NCBI GenBank assembly: GCA_002633005.1
Contig: NMRA01000243.1
Location: 76,783-140,782, forward strand
From: Phoronis australis
Taxonomy: Eukaryota; Animalia; Phoronida
DNA: 64,000 nucleotides
Direction of reading: 5' to 3'
The notes below the pieces were generated by a model. The model was given only the letters and a program-made list of their open reading frames with translations. It was not told the origin of the DNA and did not search any database. A program made the translations under genes and the position numbers. Shown here piece by piece: positions 39,736 to 52,966 of this stretch. How positions within the stretch are numbered: position 1 is the first letter of the stretch; every line of letters begins with the position of its first letter.

Positions 39736-42700
39736 ATCGTACATGCATAACATTGTTGAATATGATATCACTTTAGACAAAGATTTTGTAAACGAGTGAG
39801 CTCAAGCAAACATAAATATACTGAACTAATGAACAGGATTTGCTATTCTGTGTAACAGTTGTTTCCGACTTTCCAGTCCACTGTTGATGGCGTGAAGAAA
39901 AGTGCACGGTCTGTGTTCATCAGGGGACATATGGCGAACACAAATTATTGGCTAGACATATCTATTTGAGCAAATGGCATCGTCCTTCTCACCTGGCCCC
40001 CTTTTGCTACATTTGCATTATTCCCCAATCCTCCCTGTGATGTGTCGTTTCGTCATTCATCACGACGTCACATGCTGAGTCTCTCATTGGAGGTTGTGTC
40101 ATTCATGTTGGTCTTGGGGATGACATCACCATCCAGCATTTCAATTGTTTTGTGTTTTAGTATTCCTTTGTCCTGGATAACGTTGGTTTTTGCGTTACAT
40201 TCACATCAGCTCCACTGAGTGTAGAACAAATTCATTTTTCTGTTTATTCATTAACCCACCCTCTGTCATCCATATTTCAAACATTTCCTTTCTATTTGTC
40301 TTTTTATGGTCTGTTGGGGTTTTAGTGTTGTCTATGCCATTTTACTCATTAAGTGACGGATTTTCTATGCCCCCTTTTCCAGAGACCCTTTTATACCAAT
40401 TCCACTTTAATAATACATGACCATTTTTGCCAACCACTCTCTCCTTTTTATCTCGGGAAATGGAGCTTCGCTGATGCATGGTCTATGTTCATCACGGAAC
40501 ATATGCCGAACATAAAAGTTCATGCCGTCACCCGACAACTCTTACCAGTAGCCTTCTTACTGACCATATATCTAGACATCTTTTGTCATTTTTGTATTTT
40601 TATTTTTCTTCACTTATAATAAATGTACACAGGCATATGTTAAGCATAAATGCAACCATGAAATCTCGACTTCACTGAGTAGAATGACCAAATATGACAG
40701 CTGCTAAACACAATTATATTAAAAATGAATCCACTCTGATAAACTCAATATCAATGCGGTTCTCATTGAGGTCAAATTTTGTTTCTCCACGCTGAGCTCA
40801 ACAAAACTCCGTAAAATATGATATCACAACAAAATAAATGAAAATAAATAAAAATATGAAATCAACAGATTTCGTACAATACATTTCAGCTGATGGTAAG
40901 TTTAGAAAAGCTATTGGGCTTGTATGAGCAAATAGCAAAAAAAAAAGTTAAACCAGATTTAGAATTGCTTATGCCATATTTTCGTACATTCTTTCGTCTA
41001 AGTGCGTCCTCGGGGCAAACGCCGGAGTTACAATACCCCGGCACAGAGGCATATTTCCAAGCTCTCAAAGCCAATTGCGGTATGAAGCGATCAATTTTGA
41101 TTTGAATAGCGGTACTCTATTCTTTTTTCGGAACAAAAGAACAGTTAACGAAAAGTATGAGTTGCCCTGAAATTGTCTTCAGTCAATGTTAGTTGACAAA
41201 TTGGGTCAGATGCCTGAGGTGAAAAGCTACATTTTATGAACTTAATGAGGGATGTTAAAGAATACGAGAACAAAACCGCACATAGTCAAACGCTTATGTT
41301 TGCTGAGTGAAGATTTTACGTTATGCTGTAGAAAATTTTGCCGACACCGGCACTTGAACCAGGGTTGGCCGTTTGATATCCGGGCGCCCAAACCGTCCAA
41401 CCAAGAGGCGCTTGCCAAGCGGACATTGCTCTCTCATTCACACGTACAACCCTTTTTCAAGTCACGGTGTCGGGGAACTTGTTACACTGCGACACCTGCT
41501 GTCTCAACTTTTAAAAACAGTTACACACATTTACAGGTATTTGTTAGACTGGGTAAAATACATACGAATACAAACATGCCACGATGTTTATTTTCACTAC
41601 GGAGAGCGCATACCAAGGTTGAACGGAGTATAACAAGAAAAAACTATCGGCTCCTTTTATCCACGTTACTTCGGTTATTATTTGGATCAAGTAAACTCGA
41701 ATCGACTTAACAAGGCTTATATGAGGCTTACAACTCAAACAGAATTGTCTCACTGTGTGCTTAGCAGAAATTTGGGGAACAAGTCAATATACGTGATCAA
41801 GACAAGAAGTTAACGTGTACGCATTTAGAATATTGTATGAGGAATGAAGAGTGGTCTCAAGTGTTCTATTTGACAAAAAATATAGATTACGCTATTATCC
41901 GCAGCATTAAGGATACGCGACGAGACACAAACTGGGCGGAATATTGTGCTGAGCATGGATTTAAGTCATTGAATACCCAGTGATGATACATGTGTGCTTG
42001 CACAGGTAATCTTGAAATATTTGAAATTTTTAATTCAACGGTGAATTCATACCATTCTTTTTATTACGTTTGAATATGAATTACGGGCAGTGCATGGTAC
42101 TCACCAAGACTGAGTGCAACCCGTGTTTGGTACATTTATTGTCTGTATACCTGCGTTTTCGAGGAGTCTTATTTCATACCTGCGTTCAACAAATCACCGG
42201 GGATCCGAGCGTTTTCCACTTTTCGTTACTTGCCATACGCAGTGAGTTTTAGACTGATACGGGTCGACGTTTCTGTGAGTAACTTGAATATTGCATTGGT
42301 ATACGCCGCCCAGCCTCTGGCTAAGACAGCCTAATATGAAACGCTATTCTCATAGGCTTGTCTCTAACGATATATGGCAATGATCCAGAATTGGGCAATG
42401 TCTTGTTTGAGATTAGAAATGTATTTTTCAGTGTCATTCCTACACAATTTTGAAACTAAGGAAAATTGCTATTCTGCGCTTGAAAAAGTAGCTTTTACAA
42501 CGTCTCGAATGGGTACGTAACACATGGTACAGTCCCACCTTGATACGTCTAACCTATTTGTAGTGGCGTGGTCAAAGGTAAAAAGCAATATAAGTTCAAA
42601 TGAATCGCTTCAACAGGTATTAAAATGAAAACACCTGTGATTACAAACGTGAGTTGACGTCGGTTATGCAAGTGTTCTGATTTATTGTTTGCGTAAATGT

Positions 42701-45700
42701 AAAAGTAAACGGTTTGGTTTGGATTTATGCTCATAAGATGGCACACCGGTGAAGTTAATTTATTATATATACAGATTCTTGTTTTATTTGAATACCGCTC
42801 AAAGACTCTAGCGCCGGGTGTCGTCGTCAGTCACAAATCGTAATCCGCCTATTGGTCTTTGCAAAAAACTGTTTGCATTAGAACGTCGCACCTACTTAAT
42901 CTAAGGACACAGGTTAGTAATTTGTTCTGTTGAGTTTAAACTGTTGGGTGGGACATCTTGGTTTATAGGCTAGTGGCTTTTTACCCGGTGTTCAATCAAC
43001 GTTCGTAACCCCATCTCGGTAAAAATCTTAAGTTCGTACCAAGCAAGAGGCAAACTGAAAGGCAAATGCGTGACCAAAATAATTGCCCACCGGCAACAAA
43101 CCTGAATCCGCCCTAAATAGTTACAAATGCCTGTGCTAAGTACTACGATGAAAATAAATTAATTCTTAAAAAGCCACATATCGCGTGCATGACATCCACA
43201 ACGGCTAGACATTGTTATTGATATAATAACAACAAGAATAAATGATTCAGTATAGTAGAGTTTGTGTGCTTGGCTGTTTTTTTTTTTTTTTACCATCATG
43301 TCCACTAAAACACCCTGTCTCCAGATAATAGTTGTAGTCTACAGATCATAATATCAGTTTACATCAATATGTAGCCGATCTGGTTTGTGTTTATGCTTTG
43401 CGTCGTCTCAGTATCAAACAATGAGAATACAGACTAGATCTCTCAGTCAAGAGATATCAAGTAAAAGACTGTTATCTGGTGTTACCCTCTAATGCTCAGT
43501 GTAGCAAATCAAAACAGACTTATCATAACCGGTTGTCAAACAAAATTAATTTTCTTCATGCTCTGTGTGCAGTGTATTTGAAAATTATTCAAGCAAATTC
43601 GACTTTAACGATTGCTTATACGATTGCTCCCATGCTTGTTAGATAATTGGACAGGTATGGATCGATCTCAGTGTAACATGTTTTTATTAACTCGTTCTTT
43701 AAAACTTGTTTGACAATTTAAGTATTACCATTTGAAAGTCTACATATATCCTACTCTCTTTGAAATATGAGATTTGCTACCAAACTCTTACATTCAAGAG
43801 ACGCTTTAATGCGCTTGGGAAAATTCTGTCTGTACGACACAATTGTCAAAAATAACAATCATGCTTACGTCAAGTACATTTTTAAGAGTTCCTTCGTTCA
43901 TTTTATGCCTGAATTATCAATGAGTTGACAAAATAATGCAAGTGATAGTCTATCACCAAAAGGGGCGTTCTGATAACAAATATGCCGGTTATACACTTGG
44001 TTATTATTTTGATACGCGGAGACATCTTCACGATAATATCTTATGTATACAAAGTAAGGGTGGTCGAATTTAAACTGCAGTATTCACTGTGGCGGGGACG
44101 AGTGTGCATTGCATTCATGTGATTCAACAATAATCGGTCAAAAGTGTTCACTTGCGTTAGCTTATCCCCTCCAAAAGCTTAGAACGAAGATTTCGCACTC
44201 ATTTCTCGATTTAAATCTCACCATAACCAGCCTTTCCACTGGGTTGATAACTATTCAACACGCACAGCTACAATAGTGCTCACGATGCGATAAGATTGTT
44301 TCCTTAAAATAACAAAACTCACATCGAGCGAACGCACGGTTTGAATGGAACGAAGAATTGGAAAGAAATTCTGCATTGTGACCAGGGTCCTGAAAATGAA
44401 AGCATCAAAACAGGTTCGTGTAACTTGTCGTGCGTTTGGTTGCATCACAAGATTTTAGAATAGATGCGTGTGTTGGGTTTACCTGGTGCATATTGCTTGT
44501 TCGCATCCAGTTGGTAGTTCTTTGGTATGGCAGCCGTGTGACAGAGTCTCTGACTGAACAAATCCACAAAGCAAAAGGAATCACAAATCGTATAAGAACT
44601 TCTGTGCTTTGTTGAATCGTAGACAGGTGGGTAAGATTAAACGTAGTCACTAAGAGTGGTGTTATAAAATGTGAGTGGGCGTTACGGTGCGACTAAATTC
44701 GTTTGATCAAGATCTATCAGTTTGCAGATTTTCCTCGCTTCTACAGTTCGGGGTCCTTTCTGGTTACTATTTTATGCCTTTCAAATCACTAATGTTCAGT
44801 TTGTCGTTTACGAGGTACGCGTTTGTGTACCGTTATTGCACCGACCAAATCAACCCCCTTAGGTGCATAAGCGAGTCCCATTTACAATACATAAAAGATC
44901 TAACGTGCGGATAATTGTAAATGCATAGTTCGATGAACAGGAGGCAGCCTGTAAATGTTGTTTTACACTGAAACGTTTAGTCATTCCACTTGGTACATGA
45001 TTACCGCCGGGGTCTGGCTACTTTACTGGGTTAGTCAAGTGTAATCAGTACTTATAGTGACTCGTAGGCCAACACACAGTCAGTCTGGTCAATCCCAAAT
45101 CTTAAACTTCAACCTGGAACTACATCGAGTATCGATGGCGAATATTCCCGCTGCAGCAATCAACGAACTCCATCAAGCCCACTCTTATATCGCTAACTCG
45201 CCGTAATTCAAAACCAAAACAAAGGGCTAGGCTCCATTCCAAAATATTAACCAAAACAATGGTTTCCAAAGCTGACACTGTGGGGGGGGGGGCTTTAAAG
45301 TAACAAAGTAACATCCAAGATATGTATTTGCATTGAAGACCTTTGGTTATGGTGATAAAGAACATCAAGTTATATATCGTTGTCACTCAACTGCAGCTAC
45401 AGAACAGTATTAAGACTACCGCAGACCTGCATTCGGTATTCGGCGCTAATAGTCGTTTTCACTGTAGTTATATAGATGCATCAGTGATCGGTGAAATTAA
45501 GTATATCAGTATACCGCTGTTACTTCCTTTGCATGTCTGTGGTTAAACTATTTATAACTTGGCCAGATGTGTGAGAAAACAGCACCAAAAATGACGTAAT
45601 TCCTACAACAGTTACGTCCCTTATTTCAGACGGAAACTACAACTGGTCTCAGTAGACTAAGTGAAGTTAGGTCAAAGCCGGGGCGATACGGTTGATTTTT

Positions 45701-46898
45701 TCCAACGTTGGCGTCATGGTGCTAACTTGCTACTGCACTGCGGGAATTTGCCTCGAGTTTAAAAGAAGCATGCTGGGTTTTAATCTCCTGCATGAGTTAC
45801 CGACCTTTCGCGAGATTATACAGCACGATGACGATTTTGTGCGGCTTTAATTCTACGTACGGTTTGTTACCCGAAAGTAGATCAGTGCACCCCCCCTCTC
45901 CTTTCCCCGACACTCAGCAAGTTCGAGCCACTTCCAGGATCGAGTCCATCCTAAGTCACCCGCTTAATTTTTCGCTCATCTCCCTTCCGTCTCAATTTCG
46001 TCCCGATCGTTTTCGAAAAAGCGTGCCCACCAGTATTCTCTTGGCGCACATACGAAACGAGCCACCGGATACTGTACCGTTCACTTGTGAAACTGACGAC
46101 TCAGTGGAATGTACAGTTTGAGTAGGGCCTACTGGCGTGCGTTCAGTAACGCTAGGACCTAGCTAAAATCTAATCAAAGTCACGTGCTCTTATTAAAAAT
46201 ACACGGCAGTCCACGTTATCTCGCGAAGTCTTGCTTTTAGCGAGGTCCTAGTGTACTGAACGGGAGGCTGGATTCGGTTACTGGCATTCACGCAACGACG
46301 AATTGTTAATAGCATTGAGAAATAATTCATATATTTCAGTCAACGCGCTTACCAAGGTTCGGCAACACATGCCGTACACATACTCCGAGCATTTGCCTAC
46401 CATGAAAACTGTCTTTTTAGCTAGGGCTGCGTTCCGTATACCCCATGACATTAGTTTCCTCTTTCCGGGAAAATATCCGCATACTGGACGGAAAAGGGAA
46501 ATCCAATCCCACAATTCAGTACTCCAGCAGCACCGACCAATCATTTCAGTGGCTACCATTTTCAAGGATTATAGGCTCTAGTAAGCCTCGAGAACTGACA
46601 CTCGCGAAACATTCGTCTTCAACTGGGGTGATTTCTTAGAGGTCATGCGAGATCTCGCTTTTAGTCCCCATGAAACTTGGTCTCGTTGCTCTATCGTTTT
46701 CGTCATTTGATAACCTGTTCCATCAATTTAAGTGCTCGGTGGATACTTGCATCGAGATTTATTTGTAAATATTTGCTTTTGTTTCAGCACTTTCCTGCGA
46801 CACGACTGGGTGCATGGGTATCATGAATCGTCGAAAAAGAATTCTATATATGCTCTCCTGAAATCCTGCCTCCACCAATTAAGCATATTTTGACACCA

Positions 46899-49679
46899 AT
46901 GGAAGACTATCTGTCGCCCCAGGTTAGCAAGAAACTATTGACCGCAGCGCCTTCTCCTGGAGTTAGTCGGGAAAATCTTTCAAACGGTTTGTCTTGGTCT
47001 CCGACTAAGAACTGGAATGGCACAGATACTATGCAGCTAGTGAACGACTTAACTCTACCGCCGAGATATGTTCCTATGTCAATGGGTTCTCCCAAGAAAA
47101 AACACTCGAAAGAAACTATCCCGATGGACAGCGAATCCAGAGAAAAGGATTTAGAGATGGCTATCAAATGGCTGAGGAAAGAAATGGTAAGCTGTTAGCA
47201 CAATTTCTACTACTCGAGATGTTCATTCCACTTTCAGATGCAAGCGTTGAGGAGTACATAACCACCTAAAGCGATTTTTTTTGATAAGTGCTCAGTATTT
47301 TTTATTCCAGAGAACGAAGATAACAATCCCTCAGTTTTTGCATTCATGTGATGAGCTTTCATGATTAGGGGATAATTTCCGGAAATTATGCAAAAAGACT
47401 CGCATGAACTGCCGCCGAGACGAAATATTACCCTTTCCAATGAATGTTATAAGCCAGGGATGCCAAGCCTTTTTCTACTACGGCGGGCTCGAGAATTAAA
47501 TTGCCACTCCTGAAACAATAAATCAGTGTCATTTGCTCTGTTACACAATTTATTAATTGCGCGCTTTGGTTGCGCTCCAAAAGGTGATTGTTGTGCATTG
47601 TTGTTTGAGATGTAATGCCTTGTTTTAGCACCACTTTGAACAACGCAAACGTGAAAGCGCGCCTGCTCCAAGAATGCAGAACCATTTTGTAGTTTGGACA
47701 TAGCACCTCGTTTTCATTTCAAGCTTAATGACGAATTCGTAAAAGTATTGAATAGTAGGTAAAGCATTGGGGCCTATTGTTCACTTGTTAGCTTTATAGG
47801 TCAGTTTGTTAGCCTCCTTAGCGGCCAATATGACGGAGATAAGAGTATAATGAAATACAAACATTTATCTTTTGGATATACGAATACGTGTCTGCAAAGA
47901 TACAATAATTATTTTACTTCAACAGTAGAGCGCTCAATGGGAAGAATACACTTTTGTATTTTTGACTTAAAGATAACTGGCATATCTGTAGTGATCTCTA
48001 TGTTTGCAACAGATATTTGTGGTTGTTATACGAACTGTCTGTGAGAATTTCATTGTTGCGCATGTCTTGTCCGCGTTAAATAGGACTTTACCGAAACCGT
48101 AAAATCAAATTTTGTTTCGGTCAGAAATTATTGAGATTTACCGTACTTTGGTTCTCGGTCTGCCTTTGCTGAGAATCAAAACAGAAAATGTTTGCTCGCG
48201 TATCTTGCGTGAGTAGAACCAACGAGAAATGGCTTACAGAATCATTTGTGCTAAGGCGTCCCTTTAGGGAGACTCAATGTGAACACAGGGGCCATTTGGT
48301 GCAAATAGTTTTCAACTGAATAACCTGTGTAAACATTGAAAGTATCAACTGAAATTTTAAAAGCTAACAAAATCTGAAAGGAGCTAATTAAAATTCAAAT
48401 TGAAAAACTGATTCAGAAACTGGCTTAAAAAAATGAGGCACAGAATGCTGTCATAGCTTGGCAAAATTTTGGTGGGAGATTTTCCTTCTGCTAGATTGGG
48501 CTGTTCGCAAAATTGTAGCAAATCCACGATTTTGACGGGGGGCGGAGGTGGGGGGGGGGGGGNNNNNNNNNNCCGGGGCTGGCCGCGGCCCACAACCGCA
48601 CCACTTGCCTTTGGAAACCCGAAAATTGACTGAGAACAAGTGGCAGAGATCGCAAGGTGTGATTAGAGTTAAGTTGCCAATCATACTTTGCAAAAAATCA
48701 TCTCATATACATTTGTGTAGCTTTTGTAAAAAGAGCATCGATAAAAGTGACTCTGCGGGCTATCGGTTTTTTTTAACAGTGACGCGCATGTCTCGAAATG
48801 AGTCGGGCGCAGACCAGAACCAGTGAATACTCTATTTTGGCCTAAGGCAAATATGTTTTGCTTGACAAGCGCAAAGTGCCTGGAAATCAGTCACCTGTTT
48901 GAGAGACGATCTAAATCTCATTCGTCTCAGTCGTTGTCTCGGTGGTTTTCCCTTTTCTCTAATAACGCCACCACTCAAATTAGTTTTGATCCCCTGGCTG
49001 TTGCTTGCTTTTTGTCTTGACATTGTCGTGTGATCGCTACTCAGTCGAATAATTTCTATACGGAAGTTCACGAAAACTGACGAATACGTCTAATCAGATG
49101 ATTTTGATGGAAACCATATGTCCAAAAGGTGTCGCCAATGCTGCTTTCAATTCATTTTGTTTGTATAAATGTCACAAATGAGATGTTCATTTCATCTTAA
49201 CTCTTTGCCATCTTCAGACGCACATGCAAAACGACAAATACATTCTTTGCTACACTTCATTTGATAATCATATTGTACAAAAATATTCCATTTTAAGCTA
49301 ATTCCAGTTTTCATATTTCATTTAACTTTGTCACATTCATAAGTCACGTGATTTTAACAAACAATTTATTTTACAGATTATCATGAAGCGTCAGAACCAA
49401 GTGTTATTTCGGAGATTTCTTGATTTAAGAACTGCGGTCGTGAATTACCGTTCACGATCTCCTTTCGGTCATAGTCGGACATGGTCGATTCACAGTTCGG
49501 ACTCTGATGTCAGCAGTTTAGATGACAGCACGGCAAATTCGCATGACGAGCGCAGAAATGGTCGACTAAACAGCAATGAGTTTTTAGACACGGAATTTCG
49601 AGCACGGACTACATCGATGTTGACCCCCCGAAATTCGTTAGTGCTGACCCTTAAACCCAGGAGTAAGGAGTCATTTTAA
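46899..49679 (+). CDS. FAM167-like coiled-coil protein, 196 aa, 2 coding exons
   Basis: Exons 46899-47186 (donor gtaagc) and 49377-49679 (acceptor attttacag), phase 0. The junction LEMAIKWLRKEM|IIMKRQNQVLFRRFLDLR resembles the FAM167 core (ALEWLRKEL.EMR.QD..LARQL..LR). An upstream acceptor at 46787 implies non-coding 5' exon(s). Confidence 0.65.
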
Positions 49680-51364
49680 AATTAAAACTGGATCTTTGAC
49701 TATATTTCATTGGTGTGGTGCTATTTTCGCGTCGTCACAAGACGTGTTGTGTTTGTTGTATCCGATAGCTGGAAACTTGAGTGAGCATTGAACGCAACAA
49801 ACACATCATGGAGTTGTAAAAATCAAACGTGGCTGCACTTAATTGTTTTCGCTGGTTCCGCCGAATCAATCGGCACAGACATCTGATTGGCTCTCGATGG
49901 CAACTTTAAGCTTAATAGACCAACCAGCTCTTAGCCTGCTGACCTGGCGGAGCCGACGAAGTCAATCAAGTGCAGCCATACTGTCTTATCTTAAGTTTCA
50001 TTTTGTGATACTGATGCTGTCAACGACTTCAAGCACAAATATATTAATTATTATTAATTATTATACCACAGAAACTATTCTATAGTTGGGACTGCAATAC
50101 CATCAGACGTCGTTCAAAACGAAACCAATCATTTTGAGTTATTCGAGGTATTTGAAAACTGCCTTCTCGAATATGCCACGTGATGAGCTATTTTTCGTGT
50201 CGAGATTGGAATGTGATGGTCGCAGACGGAGCAATGGCATTCGTAATTCAAACGCGTTTGAGGAAAAGACCTTGAAAATGCGGTTTCCCCTCTGGCCACC
50301 AACAATAAAATTGATTTATAAAATCACTTTCAGTGCTGTTACAATATCTGAATCTCTACTGTCAATCATCAGGCAACTCATATTTGATGGTATGTCATCA
50401 TTGCTATGATGTCGGTACGGTGAACAGGCTTCTTAGCTGCACAGAGGCAAGATCATTTTTTCATTAACAGCGTTTTCTCATGATCGCGATTTTCTCCCTA
50501 ACTGAATATATGTGCGTATGCGGATTTATGTGGGGCCCAGCGGGCCCGCCCCCTCCACCCTGGAGGCAGTAAACGCGTGAGGAAAATGTGAGTTAACTAA
50601 TTGACCCCGGTACTGAATTAGCATTACACGGCCGAAACAAGATTTGACAATGTGACAAGTTTTAGTTTGTGTGTGCTTGTATGTGTCTGATTCAGACAAC
50701 GGGCAACTACGGCTAACTAATGGCGCGCCCAGTTGATATGCGTGTGATATCGCAGGCGACCGCCAGTGGCGCGGCGCACTATCACTCCGATTCCGTCGTC
50801 TGCTCCACTGTGCAATTAAAACGGAAGCTGATTGGCAATGAAGAAACAGTGCTGGCCTCAGTGAATCACTTAGAAACTCATAATTCTCTCTTTGTCAAAC
50901 ATTAAAATCAAGACGATTTTGCAAATCAAGCCCGTGGTTAATACCGGCGTCACGAACTATGGATTTGGTCTTTTTTGTACAACTTGACCATTTTAAACAC
51001 AAAAACTTTTGCTACATAGTGGTTGCACTAATTATAAAACGTACAATAAACATTACAGGAAGGAGCAGGTTCGCATGCGAACGGTGTGGACCATAAATAA
51101 GTATGTCTCTTAGTTTTTCGGTGTCTTCGGAAGCGTCCTTTGGCCAGGAGGTCGTAAGCTCCCCTGGGCGGAAGGGGGAACCTCTCACGCCCCCCCCCCA
51201 TTCGTCGCTACTCGCCTCTACGCGCTATTGACTACGAGACAAAATGTTACCCACCCCCCTCTAATGATCCGCCACTGGTGTGTGTGTATAAAAATACATA
51301 ATATACCGAGTTGGAAAGAGTATGCATGAAAGCTGTCTATCGATGATACTGTTTTGTATTCATT

Positions 51365-51490
51365 ATATGTGTATGTATGTGTGTGTGCGTGCGTGCGTGC
51401 GTGCGTGTGTGTATGCAAGTATGTATGTATCAATGTATGTATGCATGCATGCATGTATCAATGTGCATTTATATATATAATATACATACA
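51365..51490. repeat. Compound microsatellite (GT/GTGC/GTAT/AT)
   Basis: Read directly from the sequence. Confidence 0.85.
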
Positions 51491-52152
51491 ATCAGGAAGA
51501 GATAATCAGGAGGTTATCTCTTCCTGATACAATATATTTGTTTCCGTCGGCAATACACTCTTACCACTGAGAGACAAAGCTTAGATATACATGCAAATAA
51601 AAATTACTTATATAAACGCTGTTTTATATAAAATACTTCCATATCACAATGAAACTTCTGAAGCATAAAACCACATGACAAGACCAAGGCCCGGTTTCTA
51701 ATCTTTTTACTCGAATTCGACTTCTTTCATTAATACGAGCTCATCATTCTGTGCTTTAGTGTATTATCGATTACGCAAACGAGAATATGGATCCAAATTC
51801 GTACTTGATGACCCATAGATTCCAGCAACAAAGTCGACTAATAACTCGAGATTTCGAGTCCAAACTCGAAACTATAGTTTTCGTGTTTCATGCCGTGCTC
51901 ATCAAGTGCAAAATAGGATAACACGGTCATCCACATATACCACAATATACTAAACGTTTACCATGAGTTCGTGTATTTAAAAATAATCTTGAGTTCAGTT
52001 TTACTAATGGCAATTTTTCAGTTAAATCTGCAATTCACAGTATTGGTGGTATTTTAGCCAATTCTCGCCGACGGAATGTGTAACCAGGTATATGCAGTGT
52101 TAACTGCATGGCAACAGCGCTCGGAGATTTTAGTCACGGTAGGGTGATCTGT

Positions 52153-52577
52153 GGCCGATTGCATATGAAACAGTCCCAAATAGGGACTCAAATAAAGTCT
52201 CTAAGTCTTTTTGCGTATTTGTCTCTTTATGGACTCACAGATGCAATATTTTTCTATCACTTCATCTTTAGTATGAGCTCCTCTTTGTTTAATGACTTTT
52301 TCTAATTATGATAAATAAAAACTGAACTCAGAGTTCATTGAAAATAAATAGGGACTTAAATTGGGGGTGTTGCTTGAAAAGATCCCTAATAATTTTCGAT
52401 TATATTGACAACTTAAAGTTGAGTTCACTTTCGATTTGTATCAAGATCAAAAGATAACTTAATTATGAAACTAATACAAGAACTAAGAGCAATCAATGTT
52501 TTCACAAGTCCAAAAATACGCATTAGATTAAGGGAACTTAGTTGAGTCCCTAATTGGGACTGTTTCATGCAACTGAG
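52153..52577. mobile_element. Harbinger-like MITE with long imperfect TIRs
   Basis: ATGAAACAGTCCCAAATAGGGACTCAA (~52165) is inverted at TTGAGTCCCTAATTGGGACTGTTTCAT (~52542); AT-rich interior. Confidence 0.6.
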
Positions 52578-52966
52578 TACTGGTTTCCGAGACATGCAGA
52601 CCACTCACAGCCTGAAAAATAGCGGCTACTTAGCCAGGCAACCCGACCCGACCCCGTAGCGCCCCGGCTGCCGGGATGGAAGACGGCGTAGCGCGCAGTC
52701 AAGTTCCCACTACAGTAAGATCGTCCCAGCACACCTCCCCATATCGGCACTGGAAGAGCAAGTCACTCTAAGGATCACCGCTTGAAACGTACACAAATGA
52801 ATTTTGAATTTCTAAAATCGTTTTTTATGTACATCACATAGATTTCACTAGTACACGGCTTTCCAGGCCCAGATGCGAGAGAAAAAGTCTTCCGTAGCGT
52901 CATCTCACGGATAAAATTAGAAAACAGTTTTTACGACATACCGTAAAGGTACACTTCCGCGGGAAC

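Noticed and set aside
40893-41710. 70-aa and 152-aa ORFs
   Set aside because: No recognisable domain or consistent splice context.
52615-52745. 7SK RNA (GGAGGTGTG..GATC..TTTTT on the - strand)
   Set aside because: Too short, and lacks both the second GATC after that start and the terminal closing helix.
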